From contig JAJYBC010000001.1 of assembly GCA_021779255.1 (NCBI GenBank), forward strand, positions 1 to 52,869: DNA of 52,869 bases, in the 5' to 3' direction. Numbering within the stretch: position 1 is the first letter of the stretch; each line of letters starts with the position of its first letter. The notes below the pieces were generated by a model, which had not been told where the DNA came from, ran no database searches, and saw nothing but the letters and a program-made list of their open reading frames with translations. The translations under genes and the position numbers were made by a program. Source of the DNA: a bacterium. GTDB taxonomy: Bacteria; Patescibacteriota; Minisyncoccia; CAIUEV01. Shown one piece after another: positions 8,601 to 17,819 of the stretch.

Positions 8601-9223
8601 ACTTTAGCCGACATACCATTTTTTAATTCCGGATATTCAGTAACGCTAAAACGAATTTTAATATTAAATTCTTTTTCTTGTCGGGCGGTGGAAATATTAA
8701 AAACCACATCTCCGCTGCGAGAAGTAGGACTGATTTCTTCGACGAGACCGGAAAATTCTTTCGTCCCGAAAGCGTCTACGGTAAAAGTAACTCTTTGTCC
8801 GACTTTAATTTCATTGAGCCCTTTATCCTCTTCTATTTGAGCGATAACTTTGAGTTCATCGGGTTGAATCATCTCAGCCACGGCTTCATTGGGTGCAAAA
8901 TTCTTGCCAAGACCGTCATTGATTGAGAGAATAATACCACCAACTTTGGTTTTAACGAGACTATTGCCAACTTGAGCTACGGTTTGGTGGGCTTTAACTT
9001 CGTCGCCTGCTTTGACAAAAACGGTTTGCAAAACACCTCCGCTAGCGGAAGAAAGATCGATTAAATCAGCTTCAATAGATGAATTTTCAACATAAATACT
9101 GTTTTTTGAGAGATTAAAATAAAGAAGGCCAACAATTATTGCAACAATAAAACCGGTAAAAACGAGAATTAAAAGTGACTTATTATTCTTTTGTTCTTCT
9201 TCTTTTTTATTATTATTCTCCAT
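8582..9223 (-). CDS. HlyD/EmrA-family membrane fusion protein (short)
   Basis: N-terminal TM, lipoyl-like VKAGDEVK, VGQRVTFTVDAF, LKNGMSA. Confidence 0.8.
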   Translation of the reverse strand: MENNNKKEEEQKNNKSLLILVFTGFIVAIIVGLLYFNLSKNSIYVENSSIEADLIDLSSASGGVLQTVFVKAGDEVKAHQTVAQVGNSLVKTKVGGIILSINDGLGKNFAPNEAVAEMIQPDELKVIAQIEEDKGLNEIKVGQRVTFTVDAFGTKEFSGLVEEISPTSRSGDVVFNISTARQEKEFNIKIRFSVTEYPELKNGMSAKVWIFKD

Positions 9224-9232
9224 AAAAGTAAA

Positions 9233-10111
9233 TTAAAATCTAAATTTTATGTTGGCGCTGATACCAGAACGTAAATCGGAAACTGAATCAACGAAAATTA
9301 AAGTTATTTTATAGTTGGAAACGTTGTTTATATCCGTTTCAATCGGATCAAGAGAGGTAATTTTGGCGTTTAAAATTTTTTCTGGATTATTATCTAAAGT
9401 AATTTGAGCTAAATCGCCAATTTTTAAACGACTAATCTCGAGTAGGGAAGTGAAGCTCTCAATTTTAAAAGAATTTTGACTGACTAGCGTAATAATAGGT
9501 GTTCCAGCGCCGGCAATTTCTCCCACTTTAATATCTTGCCTGGCTATAATACCGTCGAAAGGCGCTTCTATAATCGTTTTTTTTAGTTGAGATTTAATAT
9601 TTTCAATGTTGGAAAGGGAAGCGGTAACTTGTTCTTCTTGAGCGTCAATTTGGGCATCACTGGCGGATATTTGAGCTCTTTGAGCTTTTTTGTCAGACGA
9701 ATTAGCCGTTTTAGTTTTTTTGAGAGAGCCGAGTTTAGCTTTTTGAACCTTTAGAAGCTCTTTATATTGATCCAAAATATCTTCCGAGCTTTTAGTAAGG
9801 GCTTCGGCTTGATCAAGTTGAGCTTGGAGATCGTCCGCATTAGTAGAAGCCAAAAAGTCTCCCATCTTAACAAAATCACCTATTTGATGATCTATTTTTA
9901 TAATTTTACCATTTTTTTCAAAGCCGAGATTGGCGCTATTTTCCGGAACAATTTTGCCGCTTAGCTCAATGGTATTTTGAATATTTCCTTTATTTACCAG
10001 AGTCTCTGTATGAGCCGGTCTTTTGGAAAGTGATTGGTAAAAAAATTCAGCTACGCCGCCTCCGGTGAGTAAAATAGCCAAGAGAATTAAAATAAAAAGT
10101 TTTTTATTCAT
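9233..10111 (-). CDS. HlyD-family periplasmic adaptor subunit
   Basis: TM anchor, GDFVKMGDFLA, coiled coil, IEAPFDG, LRSGISA. Confidence 0.85.
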   Translation of the reverse strand: MNKKLFILILLAILLTGGGVAEFFYQSLSKRPAHTETLVNKGNIQNTIELSGKIVPENSANLGFEKNGKIIKIDHQIGDFVKMGDFLASTNADDLQAQLDQAEALTKSSEDILDQYKELLKVQKAKLGSLKKTKTANSSDKKAQRAQISASDAQIDAQEEQVTASLSNIENIKSQLKKTIIEAPFDGIIARQDIKVGEIAGAGTPIITLVSQNSFKIESFTSLLEISRLKIGDLAQITLDNNPEKILNAKITSLDPIETDINNVSNYKITLIFVDSVSDLRSGISANIKFRF

Positions 10112-10219
10112 AAAGAGAAAAAAAGAAAGGTGTTAAATTGAGTTTTAAGCGTTTTATAGTCATATAGGAATAGTAAAGGTCTGTCAAGGGAAGAAAAAAA
10201 CAAAGGAGGCTCTACTACC

Positions 10220-10247
10220 TTGTCGCATAAGATACCTTGTGCGACAC
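10220..10247. other. dif-like 11-6-11 palindromic site
   Basis: TTGTCGCATAA-GATACC-TTGTGCGACAC; arms resemble the XerC arm (..CGCATAA). Function inferred. Confidence 0.45.
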
Positions 10248-10515
10248 TATGTATTTATCTCCCCCGTTCCCTCAGGAGAGCAAAAAACGAATAATCAAGA
10301 ATGAAAAATAATATTTTTTTGTCAGAAAAACTTTCCGGTAAGTCTTCCCCACCTTATAGAAATATTTTTGCGAGTCTCTTGTGCCCCAAATGCTGTACCT
10401 GAGCCTCTTTTGACATATTCCCTCGATTGGTCAAAATCGGTTTTTGGCCGAAAGAGACTTCCCTGCTGATAATAAATACAAATAGGAACGAGATAATGAA
10501 ACGACATTTTAAATT

Positions 10516-10543
10516 AAAAAGCCTGATCATGTCGATCAGGCTT
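10516..10543 (-). terminator. intrinsic terminator
   Basis: AGCCTGATC-GACAT-GATCAGGCT followed by a T-tract on the minus strand. Confidence 0.7.
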
Positions 10544-11157
10544 GTGAGAAACAAAGACAAGCAATGTAAGTTTCTTGGCCAAGCGTGTTCTTGGTTTATG
10601 GTAGGCGTGAATTTTATCACCCTTTTTGTGCTACCGGCTCTTTCTTGAGCGGTACGAAAATTCCATAACCTGATGGAAAACTTAGGAAGGTGGTTATAAA
10701 AATAAACTCAAAGTTTATTTTTTGCTTCCACTACTTCAGGTTTTCTATAGCTTTGGACGCGTCAACTTACGATCACTGTTGGAGGCGATAAAGCCTTTGC
10801 TTCTCTAGGCAGAGCAAGTAAAGTTATTCCCAGTGCCCTCGGGATTTTCTTTACTGTCCGCTGTAAGTATCTTATACCAAATCAAACTAGCCGTAGTCAA
10901 TTTTCCTCATCTTGGCTCCTTCCTATTAGCGAAACTCAAGATAGAATTACGTTGGCGTTGTTGCCTTTGGGGGTTATCAATCTAGACAAAAACAAAGAAT
11001 TTCTCTCGGCATATAGCTACCTCCCGTGGTAAAAGAACTCAGCCTTTGGAATGTTGCCTGTTGCTTATTGCACGGCGAATTTTCCTCAAAAGGCATGGTA
11101 AGTACTTTTAATATGGATATTTTAAACTGTCAAGGGTTTTTGGGGATAATTTGAACA

Positions 11158-11182
11158 GGGACAGGTCGCGACCTGGCCGGAC
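11158..11182. repeat. degenerate copy of the GGGACAGGTCGCGACCTG REP
   Basis: GGGACAGGTCGCGACCTGGCCGGAC, same family as 5855 and 6959. Confidence 0.8.
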
Positions 11183-11209
11183 AGTAGTGTCGCATAATAT
11201 TTAGTGTCC

Positions 11210-12922
11210 TTACGGAGAAATACGAAAATCGCGTATAATTAAAGTTAATTTTTTTTCTCCGTTCCATTCGTCGCTACTAATCTCAAAAATGATATCTAAA
11301 AAAGTATTTTTATTGGTAACTAATGAACCGTGTCTATTCCCTTTCCCGAAGGCGATAGCCTCGAAATATTGCTCACCGTCTTGGAACCAAATTTTTAGAT
11401 GCTTATTATCGCTCCCAATTATATTACAGCCAAAAACTTTGACTTTTTCCGCTAAAAAAAGAGGAGCGGGATTGCCGGAGCCAAAAGGTTCCAGTTTTTT
11501 GAGGTCCTTGTACATTTTTTGGTTTACTTCGGTCAAAGAAATTCGTCCGTCAATTTGAATTTCTTGGACCAAATCTTTTTCCGAGAGTAATTTATCGGCT
11601 ATTTTTTGTAATTTTTTAGCCAATTTTTTTTCATTTTGAATATTAAAAGAAAAACCACCGGCGAAATCGTGTCCACCGTAATCGATAAGTAAATCGCGAC
11701 ATTCTTCCAAAGTGGCAACCACTTTGAATTTACCAAGACTGCGAATGGAACCTCGGCAAAGCTGATCCTTAATTGTATAAACGAAGGTGGGGCGAGCGAA
11801 TTTTTCGCAAATTTTTCCGGCTACCAAGCCTAAAATACCGATGGGCCAACCCTTTTGGCCGACAAAAATGAGTTTTTGATTCTTATCAACTTTTTCTTCG
11901 ATTTTCTGCACGATTTCGTGGGTAATTTTTTGTCTTTGGCTGTTTTTTTCTTCTAAATTGCTAGCAATTTTTTGCGCTTCAGCTTTTTCTTGGGTGTTTA
12001 ATAAAGCGAAAGCGAAATTAGCGTGGTCTATTCGACCGGCGGAATTAATACGAGGCGCGATTTGAAAACCAATTTGGCTGGTTCCAAGAGGATTTTTTGA
12101 GGAAAAATTTAGGCGTGCGGTTTTAAAAAGCTCTTGTAATCCAAGGCGACGAGTTTTGTTAAGAACAACCAGTCCATATTTAACTAAGGTGCGATTTTCT
12201 CCCAGTAGAGGAACCATATCGGCAACAGTTCCCAAGGCGACCAAGTCAAGAAGCCATTTTTCAAATCCGGCAGGAAATTGTTCCGGCACCTCTTTTATAA
12301 GAGCCAAGGCTAGTTTGTAAGCCACACCTACTCCCGCCAAATCTTTAAAAGGGTACCGTTCATTTTTCAATCGAGGATTGATAATAGCTAAAGCTTTGGG
12401 TAATTCTCTTCCCGGTAGGTGATGGTCGGTTATAATTACATCTAAACCAAGTTTATTGGCTTTTTCTATTTCTTCAATATCTCGAACGCCACAATCAACG
12501 GTGATGAGTAATTTTATTTTCTTTTTTTTAAATTCGGTAATGGCTGGAAAATTTAGACCATAACCTTCATCTTTTCGATCAGGAATATAAACCGTGGGCT
12601 CTGAGCCGAGAGCGGAAAGAGTGTCGCATAATATTAAAACGCTAGTTACTCCGTCGACATCATAATCACCAAAAATAGCTATTTTTTCTTTCTTATCAAC
12701 AGCTTCTAAAATACGTTTAACGGCTTTGGACATATCTTTAAAAAGAAAAGGACTATGTAATGTTTTGGTGTAATCCGGATTAAAAAAGTTTTCGATATTT
12801 ACTAAATTGTGGGGCAAACGATGATATATTAAATTTAAAATGATTTGAGAGTATTGAGGAAATTTAGTTTTGAAAGATTCGGGAGCTTGAGACAGAATTT
12901 TCCAAGTTTTACGTGAAGTCAT
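11210..12922 (-). CDS. recJ: ssDNA-specific exonuclease RecJ
   Basis: GDYDVDG, TVDCG, TDHH, GTVADMVPL, PRINSAGR, GGH, LEPFG.GNP. Confidence 0.96.
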   Translation of the reverse strand: MTSRKTWKILSQAPESFKTKFPQYSQIILNLIYHRLPHNLVNIENFFNPDYTKTLHSPFLFKDMSKAVKRILEAVDKKEKIAIFGDYDVDGVTSVLILCDTLSALGSEPTVYIPDRKDEGYGLNFPAITEFKKKKIKLLITVDCGVRDIEEIEKANKLGLDVIITDHHLPGRELPKALAIINPRLKNERYPFKDLAGVGVAYKLALALIKEVPEQFPAGFEKWLLDLVALGTVADMVPLLGENRTLVKYGLVVLNKTRRLGLQELFKTARLNFSSKNPLGTSQIGFQIAPRINSAGRIDHANFAFALLNTQEKAEAQKIASNLEEKNSQRQKITHEIVQKIEEKVDKNQKLIFVGQKGWPIGILGLVAGKICEKFARPTFVYTIKDQLCRGSIRSLGKFKVVATLEECRDLLIDYGGHDFAGGFSFNIQNEKKLAKKLQKIADKLLSEKDLVQEIQIDGRISLTEVNQKMYKDLKKLEPFGSGNPAPLFLAEKVKVFGCNIIGSDNKHLKIWFQDGEQYFEAIAFGKGNRHGSLVTNKNTFLDIIFEISSDEWNGEKKLTLIIRDFRISP

Positions 12923-13025
12923 AAAGCTATGTTAAATGGATTAAAACAGATTATTTCTTACATATTTAACATATCATAAAAATTGTTTTATAATAAAAGT
13001 CGTTATAAAAATAATACAAAAAAAA

Positions 13026-13460
13026 ATGAAGCCTTATGTCTTCATCTTAATTCCGCTTCTTGCCGGTTTGTTGGCGCAAGTAGCTAAATTTTTGATCTTT
13101 TCTTTTAAGCACGGTTTTGACTGGCGATTTTTACTGGAGTATGGCCATATGCCTTCTTCGCATACAGCCATGATGAGCTCTCTCATTTGGGCTATCGGCT
13201 GGTACGGTGGCTTTTCTTCCCCTGAATTTGCCGTGGCTCTAATGGTTACTCTTTTAATTATTAGCGATGCTTTACGTTTGAGAATCTATATCGGTTCTTA
13301 CGGAAAGACTTTAAATAGTCTTTTGGATCATTTAAGAATTGAAGATTATTCCATTCCTCCAAAACTAAAGGAGCGCGTGGGTCACAAGCCTTCAGAAGTT
13401 CTGGGTGGTTTAATCTTGGGAATTGCGACAGCTGTTTTTATTATCGAGCTAATTGGTTAA
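13026..13460 (+). CDS. divergent PAP2 family protein (DUF212)
   Basis: GHMPSSHTA, DALRLR, LKERVGHKPSEV. Confidence 0.88.
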   Translation: MKPYVFILIPLLAGLLAQVAKFLIFSFKHGFDWRFLLEYGHMPSSHTAMMSSLIWAIGWYGGFSSPEFAVALMVTLLIISDALRLRIYIGSYGKTLNSLLDHLRIEDYSIPPKLKERVGHKPSEVLGGLILGIATAVFIIELIG

Positions 13461-13475
13461 AAAATTATATTTGAG

Positions 13476-14534
13476 ATGGAATTGAAAGAAAATTCAGACG
13501 TCAATCTTTGGGAAAATTTTATCGCTAAAAATCAGCAATTTAATTTTTTGCAGAGTCGTTTTTGGGGTCAAATTTTGGAAAAAGAAAAGAGGGATGTGAA
13601 ATATTGGGAAATCTGGAAAAGAAAAAAATTAATCGGGATTTTTTTGATGGAAAAAAAATCGTTGGCTAGGGGTTTTTCCTACTCGGAATCTCTTTGGGGG
13701 CCGGTTTGGCTTCGCAGTCTGATTGGTGAAAAAGTAACGGATTTAACCAGAGAATTATTTAAACTTGTTTCCAAAGAAGAAAAAAGTATTTTTTGGCGTC
13801 TTAGTCCGCCGGCCGGCGCTTTGATTTCACCAAAAAATTCCGCTCTCGAATTTTATTTCGAACCTGATTATAAAAAAATTGATTCCGGTTTGGAACCTCA
13901 GGACTTCTTTCCCACTTTGGCTCGAACTAGACCGCCTAAGAAAACTTTAATAATCGATTTATCTCAAGATGAAAAGGAGATTTTAGCTCAAATGAAGGGC
14001 AAGACTCGCTACAATATTAATTTGGCTAAGAAAAAAAATCTCAAAATTGTTTGGAGTCGGGATCGAAAAAAATTAAAAGATTTTTGGCGGTTAAATGTGG
14101 TTACTTCTAGACGCAATGGTTTTAAACCGCATAGTTTCCCCCATTATTTATCCATTTTAGAAGTTGTTTTAGCTGGTGAAAAGGATAAAAAAAACCAAGC
14201 TGAATTAATTTTGGCTTATCACAATAACAAAGTTATCAGCGCCAATTTAATTTTGTTTTTCAATGAAACTGTTTATTACCTACACGGAGCTTCTTCCAAT
14301 GAGAGCCGTAATTTGATGTCGACCTATCTTTTGCATTGGGAAACTATTTCAAGAGCAAAGAAAGAAGGTTATTTATGGTACGATTTTTGGGGGATTGATC
14401 AAAATAAATGGCCGGGAGTAACCCGTTTTAAAGAAAGTTTTGGCGGTCAGAAAAAAGATTATCCTTCTCTCTATGAATTGCCTTTTAAAAATTATTATTA
14501 TAAGCTTTACAGAATTTATAAGAGGCTAAGATAG
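13476..14534 (+). CDS. FemAB/MurM-family peptidoglycan bridge ligase
   Basis: FLQSRFW, MKGKTRYNINLA, YLHGASS, YDFWG, GVTRFKESFGG. Confidence 0.88.
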   Translation: MELKENSDVNLWENFIAKNQQFNFLQSRFWGQILEKEKRDVKYWEIWKRKKLIGIFLMEKKSLARGFSYSESLWGPVWLRSLIGEKVTDLTRELFKLVSKEEKSIFWRLSPPAGALISPKNSALEFYFEPDYKKIDSGLEPQDFFPTLARTRPPKKTLIIDLSQDEKEILAQMKGKTRYNINLAKKKNLKIVWSRDRKKLKDFWRLNVVTSRRNGFKPHSFPHYLSILEVVLAGEKDKKNQAELILAYHNNKVISANLILFFNETVYYLHGASSNESRNLMSTYLLHWETISRAKKEGYLWYDFWGIDQNKWPGVTRFKESFGGQKKDYPSLYELPFKNYYYKLYRIYKRLR

Positions 14535-14654
14535 TAGCAAGATAAATTTCTAATTACCTAATTGTCTAATTTTTAATAAAAAAGAAGAAAAAGAAGAAAT
14601 TTTTCCTCTTTCTTTTTTATTAGAAATTAGGTGAATTAGAAATTTTCAATTTTA

Positions 14655-14726
14655 GGCCCTATCGTCTAGCGGCTAGGACGCTGGATTCTCATTCCAGCAA
14701 CCGGGGTTCGATTCCCCGTAGGGCTA
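14655..14726 (+). tRNA. tRNA-Glu(CTC)
   Basis: GGCCCTATCGTCTAGCGG...; anticodon arm CTGGA-TT CTC AT-TCCAG; GTTCGATTC. Confidence 0.93.
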
Positions 14727-15071
14727 CTGCTTGGTAACTTTTAGAACGATCGCTTTGAAGGTTTGAGGAAATTCGCTGGCCAGTTTTGCCAGTATTTTTC
14801 TGTCCAAAATGATATTTTGCTCTTTGAGAAGATGAATAAATTGACTGTAGGAAAGACCAAATTGTTTGACACCTGCGCTGATTCTCATTTGCCAAAGTTG
14901 TCGATAAGTGTGCTTTTTGGCTTTGCGGTCTTTGTAAGCGTTAGTTTGAGCTTTAATAAAAGCTTCTTTAGCTCTTTTAATGCTTCCTTGGCGTGAGCTG
15001 ATATAACCCTTAACGGCTTTCTTTAAAGTTCTTTTCTTCTTTTTGGCGTGGACGGCTCGTTTGATGCGCAT
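14724..15071 (-). CDS. rplT: 50S ribosomal protein L20
   Basis: MRIKRAV..KGY..AYKDRKAKKHTYRQLWQMRISAG..SYSQFI..LDRKILA. Confidence 0.96.
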   Translation of the reverse strand: MRIKRAVHAKKKKRTLKKAVKGYISSRQGSIKRAKEAFIKAQTNAYKDRKAKKHTYRQLWQMRISAGVKQFGLSYSQFIHLLKEQNIILDRKILAKLASEFPQTFKAIVLKVTKQ

Positions 15072-15130
15072 AGTAAATAGTGATTAACAAAAAATTAGAT
15101 TATCGTTTCTCTGGTTTATACCGATATAAT

Positions 15131-15337
15131 CTATTTAGCTCTCATTTGATCAGTGATTTGTTTGGCGGTACCTTTCGTCAAAACAACAAGACCCTTTTTG
15201 CGATCTTTCTGAGATGCATTATCGTTGGCATTATAATGGCCTTGTCCGGAGTGAAGACGTTGTATCTTGCCTGATTTACGAATTTTGAATCTTTTAGCGA
15301 CGCTTTTCTGATTTTTTAGCTTATACTTTTTAGCCAT
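15131..15337 (-). CDS. rpmI: 50S ribosomal protein L35
   Basis: KLKNQKSVAKRFKIRKSGKI; located between infC and rplT. Confidence 0.9.
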   Translation of the reverse strand: MAKKYKLKNQKSVAKRFKIRKSGKIQRLHSGQGHYNANDNASQKDRKKGLVVLTKGTAKQITDQMRAK

Positions 15338-15423
15338 ATAATTTGATTAATAACTGGTTAGCAGACTAACATAACAAAACAAAAAAGCCAAATTTTACAA
15401 AAAAATTGGGAAGACGACTGATT

Positions 15424-15936
15424 TTATTTGGGAGTGACAACACAATTAAAACCGCGAGGACTGCCCATAATTGGTTGATCGGTTTGAAAAGAAAAATCCT
15501 CGGCCAGTTTTTTTAAGAAATTTTCAATAATTACACGAGCTAAATCACGATGAGTGTGTTCCCTACCCTTCAAAAATATTTCTATCTTAACTTTTTTGCC
15601 GGCTTTTAAAAATTCAACGGCTTTTTTTCGTTTAAAATCCAGATCGTGTTCCCCGGTGCGAACGCCTAGACGAACTTCTTTCATATCGATTTTTTTGCTT
15701 TTTTGACGTTGTTCTTTCTCTTTTTTGGCCAAACGAAAACGAAATTTATCGTAGTTGGCAACGCGACAGATAATAGGGTTAGAAGCAGAATTAATCTCAA
15801 TAAGATCCAGCTCTTTTTCTTGGGCGATTTTTAGAGCTTCTTCTCGGGAAACAATACCAATTTGTTGACCATCTTCGCCAATGAGTCTCATTTCTTTAGC
15901 CCAGATTTGTTCGTTAATACGAACGGATTTTGCCAT
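15424..15936 (-). CDS. infC: translation initiation factor IF-3
   Basis: RINEQI..RLIGEDGQQIGIV..LDLIEI..KEVRL..HDLDFK..KGRE. ATG at 15936; the ORF-track extension overlaps the tmRNA. Confidence 0.95.
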   Translation of the reverse strand: MAKSVRINEQIWAKEMRLIGEDGQQIGIVSREEALKIAQEKELDLIEINSASNPIICRVANYDKFRFRLAKKEKEQRQKSKKIDMKEVRLGVRTGEHDLDFKRKKAVEFLKAGKKVKIEIFLKGREHTHRDLARVIIENFLKKLAEDFSFQTDQPIMGSPRGFNCVVTPK

Positions 15937-15963
15937 AAATAATTTATAAAATTTAGAAAAATG

Positions 15964-16349
15964 TGGAAGTGGCCGGAATTGCACCGACGTTTGAAAAGTT
16001 TTGAAGAACCGACCCTACAAGTTTAGCTTAATTTTTTTGTTTGGGAAATAACGAGGATAAATTAAGCAAAATCTCGCTTTCCCGGCTTTTTTAAAAGTTT
16101 CGAAAAAGGTCAAAAAGCAAACCTTTTTCTATTCTGATAAATGACACCGCCTCTTTCTCATCAGAAATCGGAAAGGGCGATGGCAGTTGCGTTTAGGCTA
16201 CTGCGTATGCTGGAGAAGCGACACCAAACAAACTGGCGATACGCTCCTGCATTTTGGAAAGGTTGGCATTTAATAACCTTTTGGGCATAACGCGCCCAAG
16301 TTCGACTTGCGTCTGTTTTTCTCGACTTCCATCGAATCTAATCACTCCC
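15964..16349 (-). ncRNA. ssrA: tmRNA
   Basis: 5' GGGAGTGATTAGATTCGA pairs with 3' ..GGTGCAATTCCGGCCACTTCCA (Ala-like acceptor with G3-U); tag frame 16267-16193 encodes ANLSKMQERIASLFGVASPAYAVA*. Confidence 0.92.
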
Positions 16350-16364
16350 TGTTTTTAAAAACTG

Positions 16365-16436
16365 TAGCCCTACGGGGAGTCGAACCCCGGTTACTGGACT
16401 GAAAACCCAGTGTCCTAACCACTAGACGATAGGGCC
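16365..16436 (-). tRNA. tRNA-Glu(TTC)
   Basis: GGCCCTATCGTCTAGTGG...; anticodon arm CTGGG-TT TTC AG-TCCAG; GTTCGACTC. Confidence 0.93.
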
Positions 16437-16538
16437 TAGAATTGAAAATTTCTAATAGGTAATTAGAAATTTGTATTAGTTATCTTACCCTATTATCTTG
16501 AAAAAAGCAAGATTTTATATTGAGTTTTTGTTACCAAT

Positions 16539-17819
16539 TTATTTTTCCGAATCGTTTGGTTGCGATTTTTTTCCTTGATCCAACTGAGAGATCGTGTCTG
16601 AATTATCAATACCGGTGTGAGTTGCTCCTTTGTGAGCTTCTTCTAAAATTTTAACAACATTGGGAAATGTTTTAAGTAATGCTTTTTTGCAACCCGCCAA
16701 TTCTTCAAAAATAGACAGCCAAAAAGCAATAATATATCCTCCCCAAAGAGAAAAAAAGACAGCCATAAAACTCAGAAGAATTAATAATGCTAGAATTCCC
16801 AATCCGATGGCGATTTCCCAAGGGTGGGTTTGTCCCAATACAAAGTAAAGTAGGAGCCAAAAAATTCCCCCGATTAAGAGATAGACCAAACTAAATAAAA
16901 TGGTTGCCAGCGCTAGAAAAATCCAAAAAATTATTTGTAAAACAAAATTAACAAAACTAGCTAAAAGGCTTTCTTTCCAATGATTGATAAAAAGATCATA
17001 ACCTTTATCGGTGGCACTTCGGAGGCTAATACCGGTTAGAGCGAAATAAAAAAGACTGTAGCGAAAAACATAACCAATAATGAAAAAAGCGACAGCAGAA
17101 GTTAGTAATCCAAGAGCAGAAAGGGTTCCCGCCATAATCCAAGATTTTTGTAAGGCGAAAATGCCCGCAGGAGAAAGAAAAAGTAAAAAACTGATTAAAT
17201 AAACCAATCCAAAAATAATTCTTAACCAAACCAAATTGCGCCATTTTTTTCGAGCGTTTTCTTTTAAAAGCAATCTAGACCTTTTGTGATTATGGAATAA
17301 ATCTCTCAATTGATTGATTAAAAGCAGATGAAAATAAGAATTTAGACAAAAAAGAGCAATCACTCCGATGATAATAATCAGCGCTAAAGAAAGACCGCCA
17401 TAAATAAAATAATTTTTTTTGTCTTTATTTTTTTCGATGAAATTTTGAATTTGGATTTTTTGGTTTTCTTGATCCTCAATATTTTTCAGAGTTTCCATCC
17501 AGTTCCCCGAATTTTGTTGAGTCGGATTAGTCTGAGTCGAATTATTATTGGAGGTTTGATTAGTTGGTGACCAGTTACCGTTAAAAGAAAAATTTTGAGA
17601 AATAGCTTGCCCTCCAGTCAGAAGGAGCAAAAGACAAAGAGGTAAAAGTTTTTTCCAATTTTGCCAGAATAGAAGGCCATTTTTTTTGAGAAGATCAGGG
17701 TAACTAAAACGATTAAACCAAGAAATAGTTTCAGTTGATTTGCTTTTTTGAAGGGGTTTTTTTAGACGATTTTTAGGCTTTGTTTTTTTTAATTTTGAGA
17801 AAATTGGGGAGTTCGTCAT
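16539..17819 (-). CDS. multi-pass membrane protein, unknown function
   Basis: 426-aa ORF with several TM segments and an N/S/T/Q-rich loop; start uncertain. Confidence 0.7.
   Translation of the reverse strand: MTNSPIFSKLKKTKPKNRLKKPLQKSKSTETISWFNRFSYPDLLKKNGLLFWQNWKKLLPLCLLLLLTGGQAISQNFSFNGNWSPTNQTSNNNSTQTNPTQQNSGNWMETLKNIEDQENQKIQIQNFIEKNKDKKNYFIYGGLSLALIIIIGVIALFCLNSYFHLLLINQLRDLFHNHKRSRLLLKENARKKWRNLVWLRIIFGLVYLISFLLFLSPAGIFALQKSWIMAGTLSALGLLTSAVAFFIIGYVFRYSLFYFALTGISLRSATDKGYDLFINHWKESLLASFVNFVLQIIFWIFLALATILFSLVYLLIGGIFWLLLYFVLGQTHPWEIAIGLGILALLILLSFMAVFFSLWGGYIIAFWLSIFEELAGCKKALLKTFPNVVKILEEAHKGATHTGIDNSDTISQLDQGKKSQPNDSEK

Noticed and set aside
10322..10648. Three short overlapping ORFs (61-88 aa)
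   Set aside because: They overlap each other, straddle a terminator hairpin and show no recognisable motifs.
14689..14996. Alternative ORFs over rplT and tRNA-Glu
   Set aside because: Shadow frames of well-supported genes; the same applies to the other short ORFs nested in large CDSs.
15937..15984. Extended infC N-terminus
   Set aside because: It overlaps the tmRNA 3' acceptor and T arm.
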